From: a virus
Lineage: Duplodnaviria > Caudoviricetes
Virus record (IMG/VR): IMGVR_UViG_3300001528_000699
Span: 1 to 64,000 of that record
Strand: one strand, 5' to 3'
DNA: 64,000 nucleotides
The notes beneath the pieces are model-generated. The model saw only the letters and a program-made list of their open reading frames with translations. It was not told where the DNA came from and made no database searches. Every line of letters begins with the position of its first letter. The first letter of the stretch is position 1. A program made the position numbers and the translations under genes. This document shows, in pieces, positions 38,384 to 47,315 of the stretch.

Positions 38384-38680
38384 ATGGCTAGATACGATAT
38401 TTCAACCCCGCGTTCGGGGAACGTTTCGGGAATCGGCGGCATTCACTCTTTCGCCGTTTCATTCCTCGTTAAGAAAAGTGGAACGGTTAAGGCGAGCGAT
38501 CTCGGTTTACCCTTCTTTTACATCGCGCCGCTTCAGGAAGGCGAGGTAACGATCATTCCTTTAAACGGTAATGATAAGATCACCCTACCCTCCGATTTCA
38601 TGAAGAATAACGTTGGAGGGTTCCTACCCATCCAGGTGAAAGAGGTGACGTCAGCTAACGATTTAATCCTTGGCTTATGA
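38384..38680 (+). CDS. Hypothetical virion-associated protein
   Basis: Small beta-rich ORF preceding the fibre-like gene. Confidence 0.5.
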   Translation: MARYDISTPRSGNVSGIGGIHSFAVSFLVKKSGTVKASDLGLPFFYIAPLQEGEVTIIPLNGNDKITLPSDFMKNNVGGFLPIQVKEVTSANDLILGL

Positions 38681-38832
38681 CATCGATTGGTATAGGGTTC
38701 GGTATAGGTCTTCAAGGTAGGGGTGCCGTTGGAGGGAAAGAACCGGACCAACAGGTTCTCCTCTTGGAGGATTCTTCAGATTTCCTCCTTGAAGATAATG
38801 AAGTTATATTACTTGAAATTCAAAACGAATAA
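38677..38832 (+). CDS. Small protein (51 aa, not in ORF track) with LLLED repeats
   Basis: MTSIGIGFGIGLQG...LLLEDSSDFLLEDNEVILLE; fills the gap exactly between neighbours. Confidence 0.7.
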   Translation: MTSIGIGFGIGLQGRGAVGGKEPDQQVLLLEDSSDFLLEDNEVILLEIQNE

Positions 38833-38837
38833 GCAAA

Positions 38838-40106
38838 ATGGCAGGAAAGAAAATATCAGAGCTACAGGCTCTAACTGAAATAACGGGTCAGGAGATGATC
38901 CCGGTGGCGAGGGACGGTCAGAACTATTCCGTTCTCTCTTCCCTTCTCCAGGGCGGGGACGCCACCAAGTTGAACGATTACATGTATGACGTGTCGGAAT
39001 TGATGGGAAAGATGGCGGTGAGGGGAACTCAAGGAAGAGCCCAAGTAGTTCCTGATGGAGATGGTTCGGGTGCATACAATGTTGATGGCACGATAGGAGA
39101 ATCTAATTTAGCCCATGCAACGAGATACGCCAAACCAAACCACGTTTATTATTTTGATATATCGTACTCACCCATTTCACCGAAACCAGAATCAGCACTT
39201 CTACTTTTGTTTGATAAAGATGATAAAATACTGAAAGCTATCCCGGCAACGGAAGCTCCGATTAAATCTTATCTCTGTTTCACATCCGAGGTTTATAAAT
39301 ACGGAGTTTCGTACTCGTTGTTTCCCGGTACATCATCCGATTTTACCAAAGAGTACGAAATCCAGGACATTAACGATATTATATCCAATATAAACACCAA
39401 TATCGAAACGAACACCACTTCCATCTCCTCTATCAAGAGTGACATCAATACCTCCCAAGGCAACCGTGCCTTGTACGTCGCCGCGGGAGCGGTCTACAAC
39501 GAGCAAACGGGCTTCTACGAGTTGAACGGGCTGACGGATATTACCGAAGAGCAGATGAGAGAGATTTACACGGATTGTTGCTCGAATGTTCAGGTAGCTT
39601 CGCTTCAAGAAAGGTATTCTTATTCTCAAATGCGAACGAATTTCAGATTCAAAGATAATTACGGGGGTTGGGTTGGTGGATTCAACGTTCAAAACATGTG
39701 CTACGGCTGCACCTCGTTGGAGGTATTCGCGGTATCTAGCAGTTCAAATTTTCTGTATGTGGTTAATTGTGCCCGGATGTTCTTAAATTGTTCAAGATTA
39801 AGGGCAATACTGGGTGGTCTTAAATTTAATCCAACGATTACGAATTATACCTTAATGTTCGGTGGCTGCGCCTTGCTTGAAAAGGTTAAATGTAACGGTA
39901 TTGTTGCAAGCATTTCGTTCTCCGATTCACCCCTTCTCAGCCTTGAATCCTTGCAATACCTGATCACTAACGCGGCTAACACCTCGGCCATCACGGTTAC
40001 CGTTCACGCTGACGTTTACGCGAAGATTCAGGATGAATCACAGGCAGACTGGCACGCGTTGATCGCGTCAGCACAAGAGAAACAGATAACATTCGCGACC
40101 GCTTAA
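38838..40106 (+). CDS. Fibre/receptor-binding-like protein with C-terminal BspA-type leucine-rich repeats
   Basis: KKISEL N-terminus, short coiled coil, M(F/C).GC..L repeats. Confidence 0.55.
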   Translation: MAGKKISELQALTEITGQEMIPVARDGQNYSVLSSLLQGGDATKLNDYMYDVSELMGKMAVRGTQGRAQVVPDGDGSGAYNVDGTIGESNLAHATRYAKPNHVYYFDISYSPISPKPESALLLLFDKDDKILKAIPATEAPIKSYLCFTSEVYKYGVSYSLFPGTSSDFTKEYEIQDINDIISNINTNIETNTTSISSIKSDINTSQGNRALYVAAGAVYNEQTGFYELNGLTDITEEQMREIYTDCCSNVQVASLQERYSYSQMRTNFRFKDNYGGWVGGFNVQNMCYGCTSLEVFAVSSSSNFLYVVNCARMFLNCSRLRAILGGLKFNPTITNYTLMFGGCALLEKVKCNGIVASISFSDSPLLSLESLQYLITNAANTSAITVTVHADVYAKIQDESQADWHALIASAQEKQITFATA

Positions 40107-40118
40107 AATAATGAAATT

Positions 40119-40442
40119 ATGATACAAGTTACAAGCAAAGAAGTTTACAGCGATTCCGACAAGTACGTGCATAGGCTTGGGACGGAATCTTATTTCAAGA
40201 GATCAACCTTGCTACCGGGTGACACGGTGGATAAATTCGAGGAAGTTGACGCCGTTCCCGAACAGCCATCGTTTGATTACAACGAGGAAGTGAACAACAT
40301 GATCCGTCAAAGATACTCGCTATCGGAAGAACTCGCGATTCTACGGCAAAGGGATACTAAACCGGAAGAGTTCGCCGCTTACAACGAGTACGCGGAGGAG
40401 TGCAAGGCGAAGGTGAAAGCGATGATGAGTGCCCAATCTTAA
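40119..40442 (+). CDS. Fibre-associated small protein
   Basis: IRQRYSLSEELAILRQRD.KPEEF..YNEYAEECK; follows the fibre-like gene. Confidence 0.5.
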   Translation: MIQVTSKEVYSDSDKYVHRLGTESYFKRSTLLPGDTVDKFEEVDAVPEQPSFDYNEEVNNMIRQRYSLSEELAILRQRDTKPEEFAAYNEYAEECKAKVKAMMSAQS

Positions 40443-40454
40443 AAACTAGGAACC

Positions 40455-40895
40455 ATGAAAATTTATTATAATTCCAAGCTGGCCAAAATATTGACTTTCC
40501 TTCCTCATTTCTCTACCATGATGTTTTTCGGGTGCGTGATAACGGAAGGTAAATGGTTGAGCAAGAAAACGATAGCTCATGAAGGATGTCACGCTCTTCA
40601 ATACAGGGACGTGACACGGATCGGACTACCCTTATCTGTTATCATCTTTTTCGTGACGCTCGCCTTCATGGAGATAGATTGGTGGATGTTATCGTACATC
40701 CTGGTAGGACCCCTTCTCTATTACATCATCTATTTGGTTGAATGGCTCGTCCTTCTATTCGTTATGGGACCGCATGGAGCTTACCGGAATATCGGTTTCG
40801 AGAGGCAGGCGAGATGGGTTGCCTCTACCTACAACAAACCGGAAAATGAGAAGAATAAATATAAATTCCTCGGTTGGTGGGGGAAGATGAAGTGA
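40455..40895 (+). CDS. Membrane protein with HExxH metallopeptidase-like motif
   Basis: HEGCHALQY, TM helices, AYRNIGFERQA. Confidence 0.55.
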   Translation: MKIYYNSKLAKILTFLPHFSTMMFFGCVITEGKWLSKKTIAHEGCHALQYRDVTRIGLPLSVIIFFVTLAFMEIDWWMLSYILVGPLLYYIIYLVEWLVLLFVMGPHGAYRNIGFERQARWVASTYNKPENEKNKYKFLGWWGKMK

Positions 40896-40922
40896 AACGG
40901 TTGCTTTTCGTTTTTCATTGTT

Positions 40923-41309
40923 TTAGTTGTTTGTTTTACCGGGATTTGACGGGTTCATTTCCCGGTTTTTCATCTTCAAATGCCAAGATAGAAGATCGTT
41001 ATCGTTTATCCATATGTTGAAGGTAGAGGTTCTCATCATCTTTCCTTCCTCGTCTATCACCTTGATGAAGAAAGAGCCGGAGAAGGAAACGGTTTCAACC
41101 TCGACGAATTTGACGCATTTTAGAGTTCGATTACTCGCCGTTACATGGAAGGATGGATAAACGCTTTCGATTTCCCTTATTCTCGCGTTTAAACAAGTCT
41201 TTAACGCCTCTTTCACCTCTTCTGAAGGTCTGTAAAGGGATCCTCTTTTGGTGAAACGGCATAGAGTGGCGATCTCGCTCATCTTTTCTTGAAATTCTTT
41301 ATCATTCAT
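40923..41309 (-). CDS. Hypothetical protein
   Basis: ORF; ATG at 41309 just after the antirepressor stop. Confidence 0.6.
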   Translation of the reverse strand: MNDKEFQEKMSEIATLCRFTKRGSLYRPSEEVKEALKTCLNARIREIESVYPSFHVTASNRTLKCVKFVEVETVSFSGSFFIKVIDEEGKMMRTSTFNIWINDNDLLSWHLKMKNREMNPSNPGKTNN

Positions 41310-41310
41310 A

Positions 41311-42135
41311 CTAGTAAGTTTGCACGAGTTCATCTTTCAATTCAACGTTCAATAATTCATGGAGGAACTTCCTACCTTTCTCGGTCCAAACGGTTATGGT
41401 CTTGCTCCAAGTACCACCGCTATTGTTCTCCCCGGTAGATGTACGGGTCTTCGTGTACCCTTTATCGCAATAAGGGGCGGTTAGCATCCATGAACCGGAT
41501 TGGGAGAACATCACTTTCATATCTTTTAACCTCTGGTGAAGGGTAACGGCGGATCTCATCCCCAATTCTTTCGCGATCTGGGTGGTGGTGTAGGTGGTCG
41601 GAGCGTTCAGGGTTGATTTAACGTATTTCACGTCCGGTGCCTGCTCGATCAGCTTACCCATCATGTTATGATTTTCTCTCGTTTTCTCCTCTAGTAATTT
41701 CTGTTGTTTCTCGTTTTCTGCTTGTAACCTCTCCTTTTCCTCTTCCGCCTCTATCACCATCATCGCGAGTTCTTTTCTTGACAGGGTGTTGTTAACGGAT
41801 TTGTGAAATACCTGCCTGTACACCTCGAACACGGCTCTTACTTTTCTAGCTACAAGAAATTCAAGACAGGAAACAGATATATGATATTCGTTTGATGGTC
41901 TTCCTCCTAGAGGGTTTTCCCAGTTTTTGAGGAAAACTTGATAATCAACACCTTCCATAAACTTTTCAGATAAATCTCTAACAGCATGATCCTTTCTATT
42001 ATAGGCTAGTGGCCATACATCATCAAGATTTACCGGGAACTCCTCGTTCATTTTTGATAACTTTAAAATTGAATTGAAATAATCTCTTATCTCATTCTCT
42101 CCACTTTCTTTTGATAAAATTAATTTCGTTGTCAT
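41311..42135 (-). CDS. Phage antirepressor (AntA-like N-terminus plus KilAC C-terminus)
   Basis: FPVNLDDVW...GGRPS.EY...; TTTQIAKELGM...WTEKGRKFL. Confidence 0.8.
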   Translation of the reverse strand: MTTKLILSKESGENEIRDYFNSILKLSKMNEEFPVNLDDVWPLAYNRKDHAVRDLSEKFMEGVDYQVFLKNWENPLGGRPSNEYHISVSCLEFLVARKVRAVFEVYRQVFHKSVNNTLSRKELAMMVIEAEEEKERLQAENEKQQKLLEEKTRENHNMMGKLIEQAPDVKYVKSTLNAPTTYTTTQIAKELGMRSAVTLHQRLKDMKVMFSQSGSWMLTAPYCDKGYTKTRTSTGENNSGGTWSKTITVWTEKGRKFLHELLNVELKDELVQTY

Positions 42136-42169
42136 ATCTTCTTATTTTTAAATTTTCAGGCATAGGAAA

Positions 42170-42296
42170 AGCGACTGCCATATTGCGCTTGCTAACAGAT
42201 CTAGAATAGAGATCTTCGCAATAGGCGGTCGCTTGTATTTTAATGTTGGGATACTCAAACCACTATCTAAAACTCTATTCCATGTTATCTGTTAGC
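42170..42296 (-). promoter_or_regulatory. Structured leader with alternative pairings (c4/CI-like) upstream of the antirepressor
   Basis: 42273-42296 complementary to 42191-42211; 42217-42233 complementary to 42170-42187; TACCTTTA box at 42301-42308. Confidence 0.6.
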
Positions 42297-42353
42297 GATG
42301 TAAAGGTAAAAACAATTTTTGAATAAACAAAATTTATCATCACTATTTTCAAA

Positions 42354-42509
42354 TTAAATTTTTACCGTTTTATTCTTTCCGCATCTCTCGCAATAATACA
42401 CCTCGATCGTGTAGCGTAATTTCCCGTTCACGAAACACTTTTGCACCTCACAAAGCCTGTAATCATGTTTACAGAATAATCTCTTGAGGAATAATCTTAT
42501 TCTTCCCAT
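42354..42509 (-). CDS. Small zinc-ribbon protein (51 aa, not in ORF track)
   Basis: MGRIRLFLKRLFCKHDY...YYCERCGK. Confidence 0.65.
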   Translation of the reverse strand: MGRIRLFLKRLFCKHDYRLCEVQKCFVNGKLRYTIEVYYCERCGKNKTVKI

Positions 42510-42871
42510 TCTACCGGAACTGTGACGATGTAATTTTCCGGATCACCAATATTCCTTTTTGCTTCTTCTTCGGTTGCGTATGGGTTTAGACCTCCGAATG
42601 ATCTAACGTGACTACCAGAATACTCACTGTACACGTTTACCCACACCTTTCTTTTCTCGCCAATCATCATGAGATCCAAATCATGATTCCCTTCTCTTCC
42701 ATCGAGATTATAAAACAACGCCGCTTCCTGTTTCTCGCTCAGTTTAACCAACGCTATTATCGGGGTGTTTTCAAGCGAAATAAAATCATAACACAATATT
42801 CTAACCGGCCTACCATCCCTCGTGCAAACAGGTTTGCCTTGTTTCGCGAGTTCAATATCAAATTTCTTCAT
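42497..42871 (-). CDS. Hypothetical protein, paralog of 29483..29845
   Basis: GKPVCTRDGRPVRILCYD...VEWEE. Confidence 0.75.
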   Translation of the reverse strand: MKKFDIELAKQGKPVCTRDGRPVRILCYDFISLENTPIIALVKLSEKQEAALFYNLDGREGNHDLDLMMIGEKRKVWVNVYSEYSGSHVRSFGGLNPYATEEEAKRNIGDPENYIVTVPVEWEE

Positions 42872-42883
42872 CTTCCTTTATTT

Positions 42884-43660
42884 TTATTGTTTATAGTTAT
42901 TATCTTGATCAACCACGTCAAACACTCTCGCCAGGAAATCTAACCCTCTCTGGGTTACCAGAACTTTCAAAACGGTGAACCCGTCGTAGTAGGAGCGATC
43001 GATCCATTTCTCCTTCATAACGAAGTAACCCCGATCCACGTATTCTTGCTTGGGTTCATTTCGACTGGCGAAGAAGATACCTCTATCTCTCAATTCCTGG
43101 AAAAGGGTGTTCCTACCGAAAGGTAATTGGAGCAGCTTGGCGGCTTGACCTATATCGACGAGCTCGTCAGAATCCATCACCTTCTCCATGAGTTGAGCTT
43201 TAGGTTTCAAAACCTTGTTTTCCTCTTCCAGCTTCATTCTCGCCTCCCTTTCCTCCTTTAATTTCTTAGCTAACCCTATAACCAGATCAGGGTTGAGAAT
43301 GATCTCTTCTAGCTTTTCGGGTGTTGCTGTCATGCCGTATTTTAGTAATTCTTTCATCCTATCATTACACCAAATGGCGAAAGCGGGTGATAGCCATCTC
43401 GCGAACTCCATCGCTACATCTTCATGAAGCCACGTACCTGAATTATTACCACCTTTTGTAACTTGCACTAAATCAGCCAAAGGGATTTTTCTCCCTTTGC
43501 TTAAAACATTTAAAAACTCTTTTGTTTGATCTGTTTTAAGCCAATCTTTCGTAACTTTACCGAAAGGTTTCGCCATCTCGGTGGCGTTTACCATCAATCC
43601 GTTCTCATCACTCGCGAAAGTGATATCAGTTCCGTTATAATTAAAAATTTTATTTTCCAT
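42884..43660 (-). CDS. KilA-N plus KilAC antirepressor-like protein
   Basis: MVNATEMAKPFGK...GTWLHEDVAMEFARWLSPAFAIWCN; GRNTLFQELR...PKQEYVDRGYF...VTQRG. Confidence 0.88.
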   Translation of the reverse strand: MENKIFNYNGTDITFASDENGLMVNATEMAKPFGKVTKDWLKTDQTKEFLNVLSKGRKIPLADLVQVTKGGNNSGTWLHEDVAMEFARWLSPAFAIWCNDRMKELLKYGMTATPEKLEEIILNPDLVIGLAKKLKEEREARMKLEEENKVLKPKAQLMEKVMDSDELVDIGQAAKLLQLPFGRNTLFQELRDRGIFFASRNEPKQEYVDRGYFVMKEKWIDRSYYDGFTVLKVLVTQRGLDFLARVFDVVDQDNNYKQ

Positions 43661-43682
43661 GTTTATACCCGTTATAATCGAT

Positions 43683-44192
43683 TTATTTTTCTTTCTTGAG
43701 CAAATATATCGAGGTGTAGTTTTCTCTCGGTCCACTCTTTTCCATCGCTTTTAAAATCTTGCTTAGGGCCAGTTTTCCATCCTTGTCATCGATAACGAGA
43801 ACGTCTTTCTTGGTCATGTAATAGTTACATGTATCAACTGACTGGCTGCCGTAGGTTTCGTTATTGAAGATGAACTTTCCTTTCCCGTTAAACACGCCGA
43901 CCTCGACCCATTTATCCCTGTTCCACTTGAAATCGGTGGTCAGAACCGCCTTCCATTCCCCTCTCGGGGTGGCGATAAGTTTGAGGGTGGCCGAGATAGC
44001 CGATTCCTTGTAGGTGAACGTGCTATCCCGATTGTTCACGTCATACGCTCCTATATAGAGATGCTGGTAGGAGCCTTCATCGACCTTGTACTTGCCCTTG
44101 CACTCGTACCATTCATTATACATGCTCGAACCCATTGAAATGAAGGATGCGATTCCTAGCACGACAACTAATATCCAAATTAACGCTTTCAT
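43683..44192 (-). CDS. Membrane-anchored protein, paralog of 44215..44700
   Basis: N-terminal TM; shared GKGxFI, DTC.YY, VI.DK.G.L.L and Y..IY.LKK. Confidence 0.7.
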   Translation of the reverse strand: MKALIWILVVVLGIASFISMGSSMYNEWYECKGKYKVDEGSYQHLYIGAYDVNNRDSTFTYKESAISATLKLIATPRGEWKAVLTTDFKWNRDKWVEVGVFNGKGKFIFNNETYGSQSVDTCNYYMTKKDVLVIDDKDGKLALSKILKAMEKSGPRENYTSIYLLKKEK

Positions 44193-44214
44193 GATCTTTG
44201 TTTTTAGAGATTCG

Positions 44215-44700
44215 TTATTTGATTCTTTTATTTTTCTTTAACCCGTAAATGGCAACGTATTCCTCGTCTTTTTCCGTTTTGGCGTTTATTCTCAACCATC
44301 TTGTCAAGGATAAAACACCTTTCTTGTCTTCTATTATCACGCTCCCGTTTCCAAGTATCTCGTAATAGCAAGTATCCGTTTGTGTCACCCACGTTTTAGG
44401 GTTCATGAACTCGCCTATGAAATGACCTTTCCCGTCAAGAATACCAGATTCAAGATAGGTGAGTCCGAAAACAGCCAGCTCGGTTGTTAAACTTGCTCTT
44501 TGCGTTCCGTTAGGAAGAGTGTTTACTCTTAAATACCCGGTCCAAACCCCTTCATCGAAAATAAAGGAATTATCACTATCTCCCGGTAGGCATTTACCCA
44601 CCATCGTGATATCGTACCTACCTTCACTTAATTTTGAATTATCACATGCCGCGAATAACATCACGGCTAAGAACGCTAGTAAAATGTTAATTGTTTTCAT
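44215..44700 (-). CDS. Lipoprotein
   Basis: Signal peptide with lipobox LFAA|C followed by DN. Confidence 0.75.
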   Translation of the reverse strand: MKTINILLAFLAVMLFAACDNSKLSEGRYDITMVGKCLPGDSDNSFIFDEGVWTGYLRVNTLPNGTQRASLTTELAVFGLTYLESGILDGKGHFIGEFMNPKTWVTQTDTCYYEILGNGSVIIEDKKGVLSLTRWLRINAKTEKDEEYVAIYGLKKNKRIK

Positions 44701-44740
44701 AATTCTCTTGTTTTTAAAATATTAATAATTTTGTTCTGTT

Positions 44741-44775
44741 TCAACGATGTAAAGATACACGTTGTTTATTTATCA
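44741..44775 (-). promoter_or_regulatory. Phage promoter TAAAC-AACG-TG-TATCTTTAC (minus strand)
   Basis: Reverse complement matches the repeated motif; drives the lipoprotein operon. Confidence 0.75.
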
Positions 44776-44836
44776 TCCAAATGTTTTCGGAGAAAAGTTT
44801 GATGGATAAGATCTATCAAATCAAATTGGATGTAAC

Positions 44837-44925
44837 GGTAAAACACCCTTCGCATTGATTACAAGGATGTTTTACCACATTGAGAGTTTATTCCCATTTT
44901 GGAATAAACTCTCATAATCAATGTG
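44837..44925 (-). other. Double-hairpin structured element
   Basis: Stems 44837-44850/44863-44876 and 44881-44894/44901-44914. Confidence 0.65.
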
Positions 44926-44931
44926 TTCATA

Positions 44932-45243
44932 TTACTTTTCTTCACTCTCATCCTTTCTTCTTCTTTTCCTTTTAGGACACAGTACATCTTGGATCTCATC
45001 TATCTCTTTCTTGATCTTTTTGGCTTGGAGAGATAGGGTTCTTACCTGTTCATTTATCTCGTCTATCTCTTTTTTGCGCTTGTTGTATGCTTCTCTTAAA
45101 GTAATCGTTTCCTCGCATTGATCAAGAGCGGCGGATTCAAGGGCGGCATCACGAACCATTTCAGTTAAATTTTTGTATTGCCTGATTTTCCTTCCCAATT
45201 TTTCCTGTAATTTTAATTTCTCATCATCTTGTAAAGTGTTCAT
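44932..45243 (-). CDS. Hypothetical coiled-coil protein
   Basis: ORF overlapping the upstream gene. Confidence 0.6.
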   Translation of the reverse strand: MNTLQDDEKLKLQEKLGRKIRQYKNLTEMVRDAALESAALDQCEETITLREAYNKRKKEIDEINEQVRTLSLQAKKIKKEIDEIQDVLCPKRKRRRKDESEEK

Positions 45244-45811
45244 AATCTAATAATTTATCGGTTACATATAATATATTTGTTCTGTTTGTCGGCTTGATAT
45301 TGATCAAACCTTTATTGTATAATTTGTTGATATTTATTCTCATTGAATTTCTACTGACCATTCCTAACTTACCGGCTATAGTTTCATTCGCCCAATTAAA
45401 TTCCTTTCTGTCATAAAAATAGGATACAACCAGCGCGATGACATATAGCTGTGTAAAATTTAATTTATGGACTTTGTTTAGCGAGAATAACCAAGTTGGG
45501 AATGATAAATAGGTTTCATTGTTTTCGGCGATAAGCGTTTTTCTTAGCAGCCATTTATCGTTTTCCATTTGAAATTTCCTCGATTCATTATCCCAGAAAA
45601 GAATGTCGTTATATTTTTTGATTAAAATATTTAATTGCGGATATGAATACACAGATAATTTAGAGTACTGAAGAAGAAAATCACGCCTACTTTTTACTTT
45701 TATCTCGGTTTGAAGGGTAAGGATTGATGATATAAAGAACTCGCCTTCCAGCGTTAGCCCTAACTTTGAATAGTCATAATTATAAATAAGAATATTTCTT
45801 CCTTTTTTCAT
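45224..45811 (-). CDS. Winged-HTH protein, possible replication initiator
   Basis: LNFTQLYVIALV...WANETIAGKLGMVSRNSMRININKLYNKGLI; adjacent to iteron-like repeats. Confidence 0.55.
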   Translation of the reverse strand: MKKGRNILIYNYDYSKLGLTLEGEFFISSILTLQTEIKVKSRRDFLLQYSKLSVYSYPQLNILIKKYNDILFWDNESRKFQMENDKWLLRKTLIAENNETYLSFPTWLFSLNKVHKLNFTQLYVIALVVSYFYDRKEFNWANETIAGKLGMVSRNSMRININKLYNKGLINIKPTNRTNILYVTDKLLDYEHFTR

Positions 45812-46071
45812 AAGAGTGTCAAGTTAAATCTAATCGAATTTTGGAAATGGCAACATCCAGCGATTAGAAGGCTGACAAAACCTATGAAACCAGAAATTGC
45901 CATTTCCAACTGTAAAAATACGATGAAATTTTTGGATAAACAACAAATATACAAAGTTTATTTAGAAAATCGCTCCAAAATGACCGAGTAAAAAGGTTGT
46001 ACATATAAATATTGGGTAAAAAAGTCACCACAGCAATCCCAAAAATGACCGAACAAAAACAAGAAATTTAA

Positions 46072-46187
46072 ATGGTATAAAAATGATCCCACAAAAATTG
46101 TACATATAAATATGGTATAAAAATGATCCCACAAACTATAGGAAAATGGTATAAAAATGATCCCACAAATGGTATAAAAATGATCCC
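46072..46187. repeat. Four direct repeats ATGGTATAAAAATGATCCC(ACAAA), iteron-like
   Basis: Copies start at 46072, 46112, 46146 and 46169 in an 860 bp non-coding divergence region. Confidence 0.9.
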
Positions 46188-46698
46188 CAATAAAGATAAT
46201 ATCGGTATTTATAAAGATATTCGGATATTCAATAAATTGAATATCCTATTTAAAACGAAGTAAAGATATTCACGGATTCGACATGTTCGAACCCGGTTCC
46301 GGATGAACCCGTTCCGGGTGATTTCATCACCCTAAAACGGATCCCCTCGGCATAGGGGTGGGGTGGTCACCCTTCAGGCGGACTCACCCGCACCCTGACG
46401 CCTCACGGTCTGGGAAAATTAGAGGGATAAGGAAGGGGAAGGAACAAAAATTAGAACCTCCTAATTAAAGGATGAAATAAGAGGATCTGTAATTAAAAAT
46501 CAAAAAGGGTGGGGTGGTCACGAGTCTGAAAATTCTTTAAAAAGTCTTACGAAAATTTTTAACCATCAAAACCGGGTTTTCTGGTACTGATACAATCGGA
46601 TCTCGAATTTTTGAGTTATAGAAAATAATCCGTATCTTTATCACGATTATATCACCCTTCAAGAAAACGGGGTGTTGGTTAGAATAAAAAGAGAGAAT

Positions 46699-47256
46699 AT
46701 GATACTTTATAAATTTTTGAACGCTGATGAAACGGCGACCGCCAAGTACGTGACGGATTCCTTCTATGACGTGAACGAGAAAAAATCGTTAAAGCAATTT
46801 TACGTTACGGAATTGAGAGAGGTATCTTCCGAGATCGTTAAAGCGGGTATCAATATCGAGATCGGGATGTATCATGAAGCACAGCTAATCGCCATGGCGA
46901 AAAAAGCTGGATTGACGCTGGAGAAATGGTCTGATAACACTTTCGTTGAAACGTTGGTGGTTATTCCCACTCAAAAGAACATGACTTTCACATCACCCAC
47001 CGGGAATATCAAACAGGGAGCCGCTTTGAACTTCGCTTGGACGGCGGTTGCTAACGCTAAATTCTACGAGGTGTTCGTTTACCCGGATGGTTCAACTTAC
47101 GATATACTGAACCCTACTTTCACTGTAGAGGAAGGACCTATCGCTTCAACGAACACTTACCCGTTAGGAAAGATCAATTACGTGGTGCTGGTTCACCTGG
47201 AAAACGGGAACGTGGAGAAGAGTCAAGTCGCTTCATTCACTTCAACGGCAGCCTAA
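46699..47256 (+). CDS. Putative capsid decoration protein with C-terminal Ig/FN3-like domain
   Basis: LNFAWTAVANAKFYEVFV...YVVLV; N-domain resembles that of 57919..59745. Confidence 0.5.
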   Translation: MILYKFLNADETATAKYVTDSFYDVNEKKSLKQFYVTELREVSSEIVKAGINIEIGMYHEAQLIAMAKKAGLTLEKWSDNTFVETLVVIPTQKNMTFTSPTGNIKQGAALNFAWTAVANAKFYEVFVYPDGSTYDILNPTFTVEEGPIASTNTYPLGKINYVVLVHLENGNVEKSQVASFTSTAA

Positions 47257-47315
47257 TAAAATATATCGGACCCGGAATCAATCCGGGTTCATCTTTCATT
47301 AAACAATAAAACGAG

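Noticed and set aside
38838-40106. Diversity-generating retroelement
   Set aside because: No reverse transcriptase and no template/variable repeat pair seen in the window
43661-43735. N-terminal extension of the KilA-N ORF in the track
   Set aside because: Overlaps the upstream gene; the domain begins at the ATG at 43660
40923-45811. Integrated mobile element or lysogeny module
   Set aside because: No integrase, transposase, repressor or att-like ends; the block uses the same phage promoter motif as the rest of the window
46072-46187. Direct repeats as a mini CRISPR array
   Set aside because: Gaps between copies are about 16, 10 and 0 nt, too short and irregular for spacers; no cas genes
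46270-46410. GTTCGAACCC T-loop-like motif suggesting a tRNA
   Set aside because: I could not build a cloverleaf with acceptor and anticodon stems; no tRNA called in the window
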